From a virus, in the UHGV virus genome UHGV-0102185: 10,032 bases of DNA. One strand, written 5' to 3'. The position numbers and the translations under genes were made by a program. This document shows, in pieces, positions 1 through 6,692 of the stretch (the stretch's first letter is position 1; every line of letters starts with the position of its first letter). The notes under the pieces are model-generated. The model was given only the letters and a program-made list of their open reading frames with translations. It did not search any database and was not told the DNA's origin.

Positions 1-1
1 T

Positions 2-46
2 GACTTCTCCACACCGACTAAAGTGACCGCAGAGCCGGGAGCGTAA
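2..46 (+). CDS. N: 3' end of an upstream gene, probably major capsid protein gpN (partial; start lies outside the window)
   Basis: Frame 2 is open from the window edge to TAA at 44-46 (peptide ...DFSTPTKVTAEPGA*), ending 3 nt before the M start codon with GGGAGCG just upstream. Identification as N rests only on P2 gene order; the peptide is too short to recognise. Confidence 0.35.
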   Translation, partial: DFSTPTKVTAEPGA

Positions 47-49
47 CCG

Positions 50-793
50 ATGACGAGTCCCGCACAGCGCCACATGATGCGGGTCTCGGCAGCGATGACC
101 GCGCAGCGGGAAGCCGCCCCGCTGCGACATGCAACTGTCTATGAGCAGATGCTGGTCAAGCTGGCCGCAGACCAGCGCACACTGAAAGCGATTTATTCAA
201 AAGAGCTGAAGGCCGCGAAAAAACGCGAACTGCTGCCGTTCTGGTTGCCGTGGGTGAACGGCGTGCTGGAGCAGGGCAAAGGTGCACAGGATGACATTCT
301 GATGACGGTCATGCTGTGGCGTCTGGATACCGGCGATATTGCCGGTGCGCTGGAGATTGCCCGTTATGCCCTGAAGTACGGTCTGACCATGCCGGGTAAA
401 CACCGCCGCACCCCGCCGTACATGTTCACCGAGGAGGTGGCGCTCGCGGCCATGCGCGCCCACGCTGCCGGTGAGTCTGTGGATACCCGCCTGCTGACGG
501 AGACCCTTGAACTGACCGCCACGGCAGACATGCCTGATGAAGTGCGCGCAAAGCTGCACAAAATCACCGGTCTGTTTCTGCGTGACGGTGGTGATGCCGC
601 CGGTGCGCTGGCTCACCTGCAACGTGCGACACAGCTCGACTGTCAGGCAGGCGTCAAAAAAGAGATTGAACGACTGGAGCGGGAGCTGAAACCGAAGCCG
701 GAGCCGCAGCCCAAAGCGGCCACCCGCGCCCCGCGTAAGACCCGGAGCGTGACACCGGCAAAACGTGGACGCCCGAAAAAGAAAGCCAGTTAA
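50..793 (+). CDS. M: Terminase endonuclease (small) subunit, P2 gpM-like
   Basis: 247-aa ORF (MTSPAQRHMMRVSAAMTAQREAAP...) with length and sequence matching my recollection of P2 gpM; lysine/arginine/proline-rich C-terminal tail; sits directly upstream of an L-X-Y-K block as in P2. Confidence 0.88.
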   Translation: MTSPAQRHMMRVSAAMTAQREAAPLRHATVYEQMLVKLAADQRTLKAIYSKELKAAKKRELLPFWLPWVNGVLEQGKGAQDDILMTVMLWRLDTGDIAGALEIARYALKYGLTMPGKHRRTPPYMFTEEVALAAMRAHAAGESVDTRLLTETLELTATADMPDEVRAKLHKITGLFLRDGGDAAGALAHLQRATQLDCQAGVKKEIERLERELKPKPEPQPKAATRAPRKTRSVTPAKRGRPKKKAS

Positions 794-892
794 CAACCGA
801 ATGCGCCCCGCGCCAGGGCGGCACGCCGGTCAGTGAGGGTGAATCACCTGACACTGCACCGGCGTCCACCGCCCGACTTTTCAGAGGTAGTC

Positions 893-1402
893 ATGATGAC
901 GCTGATTATTCCGCGAAAGGAGGCTCCCGTGTCCGGTGAGGGTACGGTGGTCATCCCGCAACCGGCAGGCGACGAGCCGGTGATTAAAAACACGTTCTTT
1001 TTTCCCGATATCGACCCGAAGCGCGTCCGGGAACGTATGCGCCTTGAGCAGACCGTCGCCCCCGCCCGTCTGCGTGAGGCCATCAAGTCAGGCATGGCGG
1101 AGACGAATGCGGAGCTGTACGAGTACCGCGAACAGAAAATTGCCGCCGGTTTTACGCGTCTGGCGGAAGTCCCGGCGGACGACATCGACGGTGAAAGCAT
1201 CAAAGTTTTTTACTACGAGCGCGCCGTGTGTGCGATGGCGACCGCGTCGCTTTATGAGCGTTATCGCGGCGTGGATGCCAGTGCGAAAGGCGACAAGAAG
1301 GCTGACAGCATTGACAGCACCATTGATGAGCTGTGGCGGGATATGCGCTGGGCGGTGGCGCGCATCCAGGGCAAGCCGCGCTGCATCGTGAGTCAAATCT
1401 GA
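893..1402 (+). CDS. L: Head completion/stabilisation protein, P2 gpL-like
   Basis: ORF track opens at GTG 833, but ATG 893 (MMTLIIPRKEAPVSGEG...) is preceded by AGAGGTAG at 883-890 and gives 169 aa, the length I recall for P2 gpL. Start could also be ATG 896. Confidence 0.82.
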   Translation: MMTLIIPRKEAPVSGEGTVVIPQPAGDEPVIKNTFFFPDIDPKRVRERMRLEQTVAPARLREAIKSGMAETNAELYEYREQKIAAGFTRLAEVPADDIDGESIKVFYYERAVCAMATASLYERYRGVDASAKGDKKADSIDSTIDELWRDMRWAVARIQGKPRCIVSQI

Positions 1403-1605
1403 TGAAGACCTTTGCGCTACAGGGCGACACGCTCGACGCCATCTGTGTCCGGTATTACGGGCGCACTGAGGGCGTGGTCGAGGCCGTGCTCGCCGCAAAT
1501 CCGGGACTGGCTGAACTGGGTGCGGTGCTGCCGCACGGCACCGCCGTCGAACTGCCCGACGTTCAGACCGCGCCCGTGGCTGAAACTGTCAATCTGTGGG
1601 AGTAA
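1402..1605 (+). CDS. X: Small tail protein, P2 gpX-like
   Basis: ATG 1402 overlaps the L stop (TGATGA); gives 67 aa (MKTFALQGDTLDAICVRYYGRTEGVVEAVLAANPGLAELGAVLPHGTAVELPDV...), matching P2 gpX in size and position. The longer track ORF from 1333 is an in-frame upstream extension inside L. Confidence 0.78.
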   Translation: MKTFALQGDTLDAICVRYYGRTEGVVEAVLAANPGLAELGAVLPHGTAVELPDVQTAPVAETVNLWE

Positions 1606-1608
1606 CGC

Positions 1609-1890
1609 ATGACAGCAGAAGAAAAAAGCGTCCTGTCGCTTTTCATGATTGGGGTGCTGATTGTTGTCGGCAAGGTGCTTGCCGGTGGTGAACCCATCAC
1701 CCCGCGTCTGTTTATCGGGCGCATGTTGCTCGGTGGTTTTGTCTCGATGGTTGCCGGTGTTGTTCTGGTGCAGTTTCCTGACCTGTCACTGCCTGCGGTG
1801 TGCGGTATCGGCTCCATGCTGGGTATCGCCGGTTATCAGGTGATTGAGATTGCCATTCAGCGCCGTTTTAAGGGCAGGGGGAAACAGTAA
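1609..1890 (+). CDS. Y: Holin, P2 gpY-like
   Basis: 93 aa with hydrophobic segments (LSLFMIGVLIVVGKVLAGG, LLGGFVSMVAGVVLVQF, AVCGIGSMLGIAGYQVI) and a charged C-terminal tail (RRFKGRGKQ); sits immediately upstream of the endolysin as in P2. Confidence 0.85.
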   Translation: MTAEEKSVLSLFMIGVLIVVGKVLAGGEPITPRLFIGRMLLGGFVSMVAGVVLVQFPDLSLPAVCGIGSMLGIAGYQVIEIAIQRRFKGRGKQ

Positions 1891-2387
1891 TGCCGGTAAT
1901 TAACACGCATCAGAATATCGCGGCCTTTCTCGACATGCTGGCCGTGTCCGAAGGGACGGCGAATCATCCGCTGACGAAAAACCGGGGCTATGACGTGATA
2001 GTCACCGGACTGGACGGGAAGCCGGAAATTTTCACTGACTACAGTGACCACCCGTTCGCGCATGGCCGACCGGCGAAGGTGTTTAACCGTCGCGGTGAAA
2101 AATCCACGGCCTCCGGTCGCTATCAGCAGCTTTACCTGTTCTGGCCGCACTACCGCAAACAGCTTGCCCTGCCGGATTTCAGTCCGTTGTCACAGGACAG
2201 GCTCGCCATTCAGTTGATCCGCGAACGCGGTGCACTGGATGACATCCGGGCGGGACGCATTGAGCGCGCCATTTCACGCTGTCGCAATATCTGGGCGTCC
2301 CTGCCGGGTGCCGGTTACGGTCAGCGTGAGCATTCACTGGAAAAACTGGTCACCGTCTGGCGTACCGCTGGCGGCGTACCGGCTTAA
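1890..2387 (+). CDS. K: Endolysin (lambda R-type lytic transglycosylase fold), P2 gpK-like
   Basis: 165 aa; recognisable similarity to lambda R (AFLDMLAVSEGT, GYDVIV, FTDYSDHP, SGRYQ, RCRNIWASLPGAGYGQREH). Start ATG overlaps the Y stop (TAATG). Confidence 0.9.
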   Translation: MPVINTHQNIAAFLDMLAVSEGTANHPLTKNRGYDVIVTGLDGKPEIFTDYSDHPFAHGRPAKVFNRRGEKSTASGRYQQLYLFWPHYRKQLALPDFSPLSQDRLAIQLIRERGALDDIRAGRIERAISRCRNIWASLPGAGYGQREHSLEKLVTVWRTAGGVPA

Positions 2388-2401
2388 ACGGAGTAAACAC
2401 C

Positions 2402-2827
2402 ATGAAGAAATTATCCCTTTCACTGATGCTGAACGTGTCGCTGGCGCTGATGCTGGCACTGTCCCTGATTTACCCGCAGAGCGTGGCCGTCAGTTTTGTC
2501 GCTGCCTGGGCGATTCTGGCGACGGTTATCTGTGTGGTTGCCGGTGGTGTCGGCGTGTATGCCACAGAGTATGTACTGGAACGCTACGGGCGGGAGCTGC
2601 CGCCGGAATCGCTGGCCGTGAAGATTGTCACGGCGCTGTTTTTGCAGCCGGTGCCGTGGCGCAGACGGGCGGCGGCTCTGGTGGTGATGGTGGCGACGTT
2701 TATCTCGCTGGTTGCCGCCGGGTGGATTTTTACCGCGCTGATTTATCTCGTGGCATCGGTGTTCTTCCGGCTGATACGTACGGCCTGCCGTCAGCGTTTT
2801 GAGGGGCGGGAACCATGTCAAGGCTGA
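2402..2827 (+). CDS. lysA: Lysis accessory membrane protein, P2 LysA-like
   Basis: 141 aa, strongly hydrophobic with several predicted membrane segments; GGAG at 2390-2393 upstream; sits between endolysin and spanin genes as in P2. Confidence 0.75.
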   Translation: MKKLSLSLMLNVSLALMLALSLIYPQSVAVSFVAAWAILATVICVVAGGVGVYATEYVLERYGRELPPESLAVKIVTALFLQPVPWRRRAAALVVMVATFISLVAAGWIFTALIYLVASVFFRLIRTACRQRFEGREPCQG

Positions 2828-3240
2828 TGATTGTGCTGGTCGTGTTGTTATCGCTGGCGGTGGCGGGGCTGTTTCTGGTGAAGCATGAAAACGCCAGACT
2901 GCGCGACTCGCTGGACAGGGCGAACAGCGTCGCCAGCGGGCAGCAGACGACCATCACCATGCTGAAAAATCAGCTTCATGTTGCGCTCACCAGGGCAGAC
3001 AAAAACGAGCTGGCGCAGGTGGCACTGCGTCAGGAACTGGAGAACGCCGCGAAGCGTGAAGCACAGCGCGAGAAAACCATCACGAGGTTACTGAATGAAA
3101 ACGAAGATTTTCGCCGCTGGTACGGTGCTGACCTGCCTGATGCTGTGCGCCGGTTGCACCAGCGCCCCGCCTGCACCGACGCCAGTGATTGTCCACAACG
3201 CCTGCCCGAAAGTGAGTCTTTGCCCGATGCCGGGCAGTGA
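2815..3240 (+). CDS. lysB: Inner-membrane spanin (Rz-like), P2 LysB-like
   Basis: 141 aa with an N-terminal membrane anchor (LMIVLVVLLSLAVAGLFLV) followed by a charged, probably coiled-coil periplasmic region; contains the nested lysC reading frame. Confidence 0.8.
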   Translation: MSRLMIVLVVLLSLAVAGLFLVKHENARLRDSLDRANSVASGQQTTITMLKNQLHVALTRADKNELAQVALRQELENAAKREAQREKTITRLLNENEDFRRWYGADLPDAVRRLHQRPACTDASDCPQRLPESESLPDAGQ

Positions 3241-3385
3241 CCCGGAGACGAACGGCGATTTAAGTGCCGATATCCGGCAGCTTGAGAACGCGCTGGCACG
3301 CTGTGCCAGCCAGGTAAAAATGATTAAACACTGTCAGGACGAAAACGATGCTCAAACCCGACAGCCTGCGCAGGGCGCTGACTGA
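3095..3385 (+). CDS. lysC: Outer-membrane lipoprotein spanin (Rz1-like), P2 LysC-like, nested out of frame in lysB
   Basis: 96 aa with a signal peptide and lipobox (MKTKIFAAGTVLTCLMLCAGC), a proline-rich stretch and several cysteines. Starts inside lysB in another frame and runs past the lysB stop into the R start region. Confidence 0.75.
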   Translation: MKTKIFAAGTVLTCLMLCAGCTSAPPAPTPVIVHNACPKVSLCPMPGSDPETNGDLSADIRQLENALARCASQVKMIKHCQDENDAQTRQPAQGAD

Positions 3386-3815
3386 TGCCGTCACGGTGCT
3401 GAAAACTAACCCCGATATGCTTCGGATATTCGTGGATAACGGGAGTATTGCCTCCACACTGGCGACGTCGCTGTCATTCGAAAAGCGTTACACGCTCAAT
3501 GTCATTGTGACCGACTTTACCGGTGATTTTGACCTGCTCATCGTGCCGGTGCTGGCGTGGCTGCGGGAAAATCAGCCCGACATCATGACCACCGACGCAG
3601 GCCAGAAAAAGGGCTTCACGTTTTATGCAGACATCAACAATGACAGCAGCTTTGATATCAGCATCAGCCTGATGCTGACCGAGCGCACGCTGGTCAGTGA
3701 GGTGGACGGCGCACTGCATGTGAAGAATATCCCGGAACCCCCGCCGCCGGAGCCGGTCACCCGCCCGATGGAGCTTTATATCAATGGCGAACTGGTGAGC
3801 AAGTGGGATGAATGA
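3348..3815 (+). CDS. R: Tail completion protein, P2 gpR-like
   Basis: 155 aa (MLKPDSLRRALTDAVTVLKTNPDMLRIFVDNGSIAS...), size and position matching P2 gpR; stop overlaps the S start (ATGAATGA). Confidence 0.85.
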   Translation: MLKPDSLRRALTDAVTVLKTNPDMLRIFVDNGSIASTLATSLSFEKRYTLNVIVTDFTGDFDLLIVPVLAWLRENQPDIMTTDAGQKKGFTFYADINNDSSFDISISLMLTERTLVSEVDGALHVKNIPEPPPPEPVTRPMELYINGELVSKWDE

Positions 3816-4257
3816 GTTTAAGCGTTTTGAAGACCGGCTGACCGGACTGATTGAGTCGCTGTCACCGTCAGGGCGTCGGCGACTGGCGGTAGATATTGCG
3901 AAGAAACTGCGCCAGCGCCAGCAGCAGCGAATTAAATTACAAAAAGGCCCGGATGGTACGCCGTATGTACCGAGAAAAAACCAACCAGTGCGAAATAAGA
4001 AAGGCCGGATAAAGCGGGAAATGTTTGTGAAATTACGCACTAACCGGTTTATGAAAGCAACAGCTAGCGAGAGTGCGGCGGTGGTGGAGTTTACTGGTAA
4101 GGTTGAGTGTATTGCGAGAGTACATCAATTTGGGTTGGCTGATAAGCCTAGTTACAACAGTAAGGCTGTGGTTTATCCTGTTCGTATACTTATGGGAATC
4201 TCAGAGCGTGATACGAAATTTGTTGAAGAAGTTATTATTCGCTACCTATCTCATTAG
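3808..4257 (+). CDS. S: Tail completion protein, P2 gpS-like, with an AT-richer and probably divergent 3' portion
   Basis: 149 aa (MNEFKRFEDRLTGLIESLSPSGRRRL...VHQFGL...); the N-terminal third is GC-rich like the backbone, while from about 3950 onward composition and codon choice become AT-rich. Confidence 0.85.
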   Translation: MNEFKRFEDRLTGLIESLSPSGRRRLAVDIAKKLRQRQQQRIKLQKGPDGTPYVPRKNQPVRNKKGRIKREMFVKLRTNRFMKATASESAAVVEFTGKVECIARVHQFGLADKPSYNSKAVVYPVRILMGISERDTKFVEEVIIRYLSH

Positions 4258-4302
4258 GGACGATGAAAATATAGTTTCATCAGCTATATTCTAGTATATA
4301 AA

Positions 4303-4337
4303 ATACTAAGGCTACACTAGCCGTGTAGCCTTAGTAT
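4303..4337. terminator. Perfect hairpin (15-bp stem, 5-nt loop) between convergent genes; candidate bidirectional intrinsic terminator
   Basis: ATACTAAGGCTACAC (4303-4317), loop TAGCC, GTGTAGCCTTAGTAT (4323-4337) are exact reverse complements. Lies between the S stop (4257) and the minus-strand gene's stop (4358), in AT-rich flanks, but without a clean poly-U run on either side. Confidence 0.5.
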
Positions 4338-4357
4338 ATGTTTGGGATATTATATAA

Positions 4358-5602
4358 CTAAATCCAGCGAAGGTAGAATAGTAAGTAAGGATCTCTGATG
4401 TCTAATACATCGCTTTCTTGATCCCACTCGATAATACTGCTATTTGCAGCATCGTTGGCAATAGCAGTTGAGTGCTGACATGCACTGGTTATACTAGAAC
4501 CGCTTGGGCTATCGCCATGACATAACGAGGTCACTCGAGATACTAAGTCAGAATAACGAAATGTCAGCGTCGGAGGATTAGAAGCAATGGCTTTTAATAA
4601 AAAGACATAAACATCGCCTTGCCAGCCATCTTTTGATATATATGATTTTCTATCAGAACCACGCACTTTAGGTCCTTCGCGCATTTTATCCACAATCGTG
4701 CTGTAATCTGCTGACTGAAGTGTACGTTTGCACACTCTTTGCAATGTGGCAATATCTTTTTGATATTTTATTGAAGTATCAGAAGTCTCTCTGACATTCA
4801 TTTCAAAACAAGAGTTTAAGCATAAATATTGCATTAGTTGTGGTGAGCCTGCGGACTCTTTTACTAACTCACTTATAACTTCATCAGAGGCATCTATATT
4901 GAGTAGTTTGAATCCTTTCTGAGCAATAATTTTTAAGGTTGATTCATCCCAATAATCAAAATCAATATTAAATATCCGACCTCGTAAGTCAGAGTTACCC
5001 CGAAGAACATCATCAGAATGATATGGCACTGATGCACAAATAAATTTGCAGCCATTAGCTATGGCATCTTTTATTTGTCGTGATAGTTCGGCTTGAGCTT
5101 CTTTAGCAATATAGTGAAAATCATCGATAAAGATAACATAATCTGTGTTTGCGATTTCTCGCTTCATTAGTTGAAAGAGATCTATCGCAAATGATTCTGA
5201 GGTTTGATCTGCTGTACTATAACCAGCGGATGCAGACCCTTTAAGACTACCTTTTGCTAAAATTACACCAGCTTGGGCAGATAATTCTCCTGTACTTGAA
5301 AATGATGAGGTGCCAGTTTTACTTTGAACTTGGGTTACTGGTACACCAAGTATGTCGAAAACGCGCTTCCATAAATCATTAGCAGATTGAACCCCTGCTC
5401 CAGTTACTTCGATTAGCCTCTGGGTTCCAAGTACTTTCTTAACAAAGACAGTTTTTCCTGATTTTGATGGGCCAGAGATAGAAATCAGCATGGTGCCCAT
5501 CTCAAGTGTATCGATTAACTGTTGCTGTTTAGATACTAGGTGATCCTCAACCAGTGTGTGGTTGGGATAACCGCCTGGGATAAAAACCTCTGTCGCCTTC
5601 AT
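4358..5602 (-). CDS. Compact STAND/AAA_16-like P-loop NTPase of unknown function; candidate phage-encoded defence or exclusion protein
   Basis: 414-aa minus-strand ORF in the AT-rich block. Walker A GPSKSGKT (nt 5450-5473), Walker B VIFIDDFH of the hhhhDD type (DD at nt 5120-5125), a possible sensor-1-like KFICASV, and a GSP motif (ESAGSPQLMQYL) about 90 aa further on. A Ser/Thr/Gly-rich insert (about aa 94-135) sits between Walker A and B. No canonical Shine-Dalgarno before the ATG. Confidence 0.7.
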   Translation of the reverse strand: MKATEVFIPGGYPNHTLVEDHLVSKQQQLIDTLEMGTMLISISGPSKSGKTVFVKKVLGTQRLIEVTGAGVQSANDLWKRVFDILGVPVTQVQSKTGTSSFSSTGELSAQAGVILAKGSLKGSASAGYSTADQTSESFAIDLFQLMKREIANTDYVIFIDDFHYIAKEAQAELSRQIKDAIANGCKFICASVPYHSDDVLRGNSDLRGRIFNIDFDYWDESTLKIIAQKGFKLLNIDASDEVISELVKESAGSPQLMQYLCLNSCFEMNVRETSDTSIKYQKDIATLQRVCKRTLQSADYSTIVDKMREGPKVRGSDRKSYISKDGWQGDVYVFLLKAIASNPPTLTFRYSDLVSRVTSLCHGDSPSGSSITSACQHSTAIANDAANSSIIEWDQESDVLDIRDPYLLFYLRWI

Positions 5603-5643
5603 ATATCAACGCCAACATTATTAATGGTATGCCAATTTTACGT

Positions 5644-5661
5644 TGTAAGAGGATCAATACA
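5644..5661 (+). promoter_or_regulatory. TGT-N12-ACA element upstream of V; possible Ogr-type late-activator site (speculative)
   Basis: TGT (5644-5646), 12 nt, ACA (5659-5661), centred about 56 nt upstream of the V start codon. P2 late promoters carry such a partial dyad centred near -55 of the transcription start, so the spacing is not ideal and a chance match is plausible. Confidence 0.2.
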
Positions 5662-5708
5662 AGTTCCATTTATTGCCTGTGAGTGCTGAAAAATTCAATA
5701 TTTGAAAA

Positions 5709-6344
5709 ATGAATATAAATCACTCATTACAAGAGCTTGCGCGTGCACTGCGCAACATGATCCGCACCGGTATTATCGTCGAAACCGACCTTAACGCCGG
5801 TCGCTGCCGTGTGCAGACCGGCGGCATGTGCACCGACTGGCTTCAGTGGCTGACCCATCGTGCCGGACGTTCGCGCACATGGTGGGCACCTTCCGTGGGG
5901 GAACAGGTGCTGATTCTGGCTGTGGGCGGTGAACTCGACACGGCGTTCGTTCTGCCGGGGATTTATTCCGGCGATAACCCCGCGCCGTCTGCGTCGGCGG
6001 ATGCCCTGCATATCCGTTTCCCTGACGGGGCGGTGATTGAGTATGAACCTGAAACCAGTGCACTGACGGTAAGCGGAATTAAAACGGCCAGCGTGACGGC
6101 TTCTGATTCTGTTACTGCCACGGTGCCGGTGGTCATGGTGAAAGCATCAACCCGCGTCACCCTGGACACACCGGAGGTGGTCTGCACCAACAGGCTGATT
6201 ACCGGCACGCTGGAAGTGCAGAAGGGCGGGACGATGCGCGGCAACATTGAACACACCGGCGGTGAACTCTCATCAAACGGTAAGGTACTGCATACCCATA
6301 AACACCCCGGCGACAGTGGCGGCACAACAGGGGGACCTCTATGA
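5709..6344 (+). CDS. V: Baseplate spike/assembly protein, P2 gpV-like
   Basis: 211 aa (…LQELARALRNMIRTGIIVETDLNAGRCRVQTGGMCTDWLQWLTHRAGRSRTWWAPSVGEQV…), matching P2 gpV in length and sequence as I recall it; the first few codons are AT-rich. Confidence 0.9.
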   Translation: MNINHSLQELARALRNMIRTGIIVETDLNAGRCRVQTGGMCTDWLQWLTHRAGRSRTWWAPSVGEQVLILAVGGELDTAFVLPGIYSGDNPAPSASADALHIRFPDGAVIEYEPETSALTVSGIKTASVTASDSVTATVPVVMVKASTRVTLDTPEVVCTNRLITGTLEVQKGGTMRGNIEHTGGELSSNGKVLHTHKHPGDSGGTTGGPL

Positions 6345-6688
6345 CTGCGCGTTATCTCGGAATGAATCGCAGTGATGGCCTGACGGTCACTGACCTTGAG
6401 CATATCAGCCAGAGTATCGGCGATATCCTGCGCACACCGGTCGGCTCACGGGTGATGCGTCGTGATTACGGCTCGTTGCTGGCGTCAATGATTGACCAGC
6501 CGCAGACCCCGGCGCTTGAGTTGCAGATTAAGGTCGCCTGTTACATGGCGGTGCTGAAATGGGAACCCCGCGTCACCCTGTCATCCGTCACCACGGCGCG
6601 CAGTTTTGACGGGCGAATGACAGTTACGTTAACCGGCCAGCACAACGACACCGGCCAGCCACTTTCGTTAACCATCCCTGTGAGTTGA
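6341..6688 (+). CDS. W: Baseplate wedge protein (T4 gp25-like fold), P2 gpW-like
   Basis: 115 aa (MTARYLGMNRSDGLTVTDLEHISQSIGDILRTPVGSRVMRRDYGS...); start overlaps the V stop (ATGA); correct size and position for gpW. Confidence 0.9.
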   Translation: MTARYLGMNRSDGLTVTDLEHISQSIGDILRTPVGSRVMRRDYGSLLASMIDQPQTPALELQIKVACYMAVLKWEPRVTLSSVTTARSFDGRMTVTLTGQHNDTGQPLSLTIPVS

Positions 6689-6692
6689 AACC

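Larger units (their letters stand above)
3950..5735. other. AT-rich horizontally acquired cargo module at the S/V junction (boundaries approximate)
   Basis: Marked drop in G+C and change in codon usage relative to flanking late genes, judged by eye. Covers the 3' part of S, the hairpin, the minus-strand NTPase gene, the divergent intergenic region and the first codons of V. No integrase or transposase inside. Confidence 0.6.

Noticed and set aside
197-796. 199-aa minus-strand ORF antisense to gene M (also 364..567 and 654..869 on the minus strand)
   Set aside because: Lies wholly within a well-supported plus-strand gene in GC-rich DNA, where long antisense open frames arise by chance; Arg/Gly-rich low-complexity translation with no recognisable motifs.
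794-892. GC-rich M-L intergenic spacer (GCGCCCCGCGCCAGGGCGGCACGCCGG) as a possible structured or regulatory element
   Set aside because: I could not find a clean inverted repeat or recognisable promoter or terminator architecture by eye; probably just spacer, possibly with imperfect secondary structure.
1044-1498. Overlapping ORFs around L/X (1044..1391 +, 1088..1498 -, 1200..1442 -, 1412..1612 +)
   Set aside because: Alternative-frame or antisense ORFs inside L and X with Arg/Pro/Cys-rich compositionally biased translations; no start-site context; explained by high GC.
2230-2802. 190-aa plus-strand ORF spanning the K/lysA boundary in another frame, and 133-aa minus-strand ORF 2420..2821
   Set aside because: Overlap the endolysin and LysA genes; translations are Gly/Arg/Cys-rich without domains; LysA and K are far better supported by hydrophobicity and homology.
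3474-4040. 188-aa minus-strand ORF antisense to R and S
   Set aside because: Antisense to two syntenic, well-supported tail-completion genes; no motifs or ribosome-binding site; likely a GC-driven artefact.
4073-4294. 73-aa plus-strand ORF overlapping the 3' end of S in another frame
   Set aside because: Starts inside S, and its hydrophobic translation is what an AT-rich off-frame would produce; no independent start signals. A role as a small membrane protein cannot be strictly excluded.
3950-5735. The AT-rich block as an autonomous mobile element (IS, transposon or integrative element)
   Set aside because: No transposase, integrase or recombinase ORF and no terminal inverted or flanking direct repeats found; better explained as passive cargo exchanged by recombination in flanking genes.
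5727-6403. Minus-strand ORFs antisense to V and W (5727..6011, 5791..6063, 5963..6403)
   Set aside because: Entirely within the gpV/gpW coding region; Arg/Pro-rich translations; no support beyond being open.
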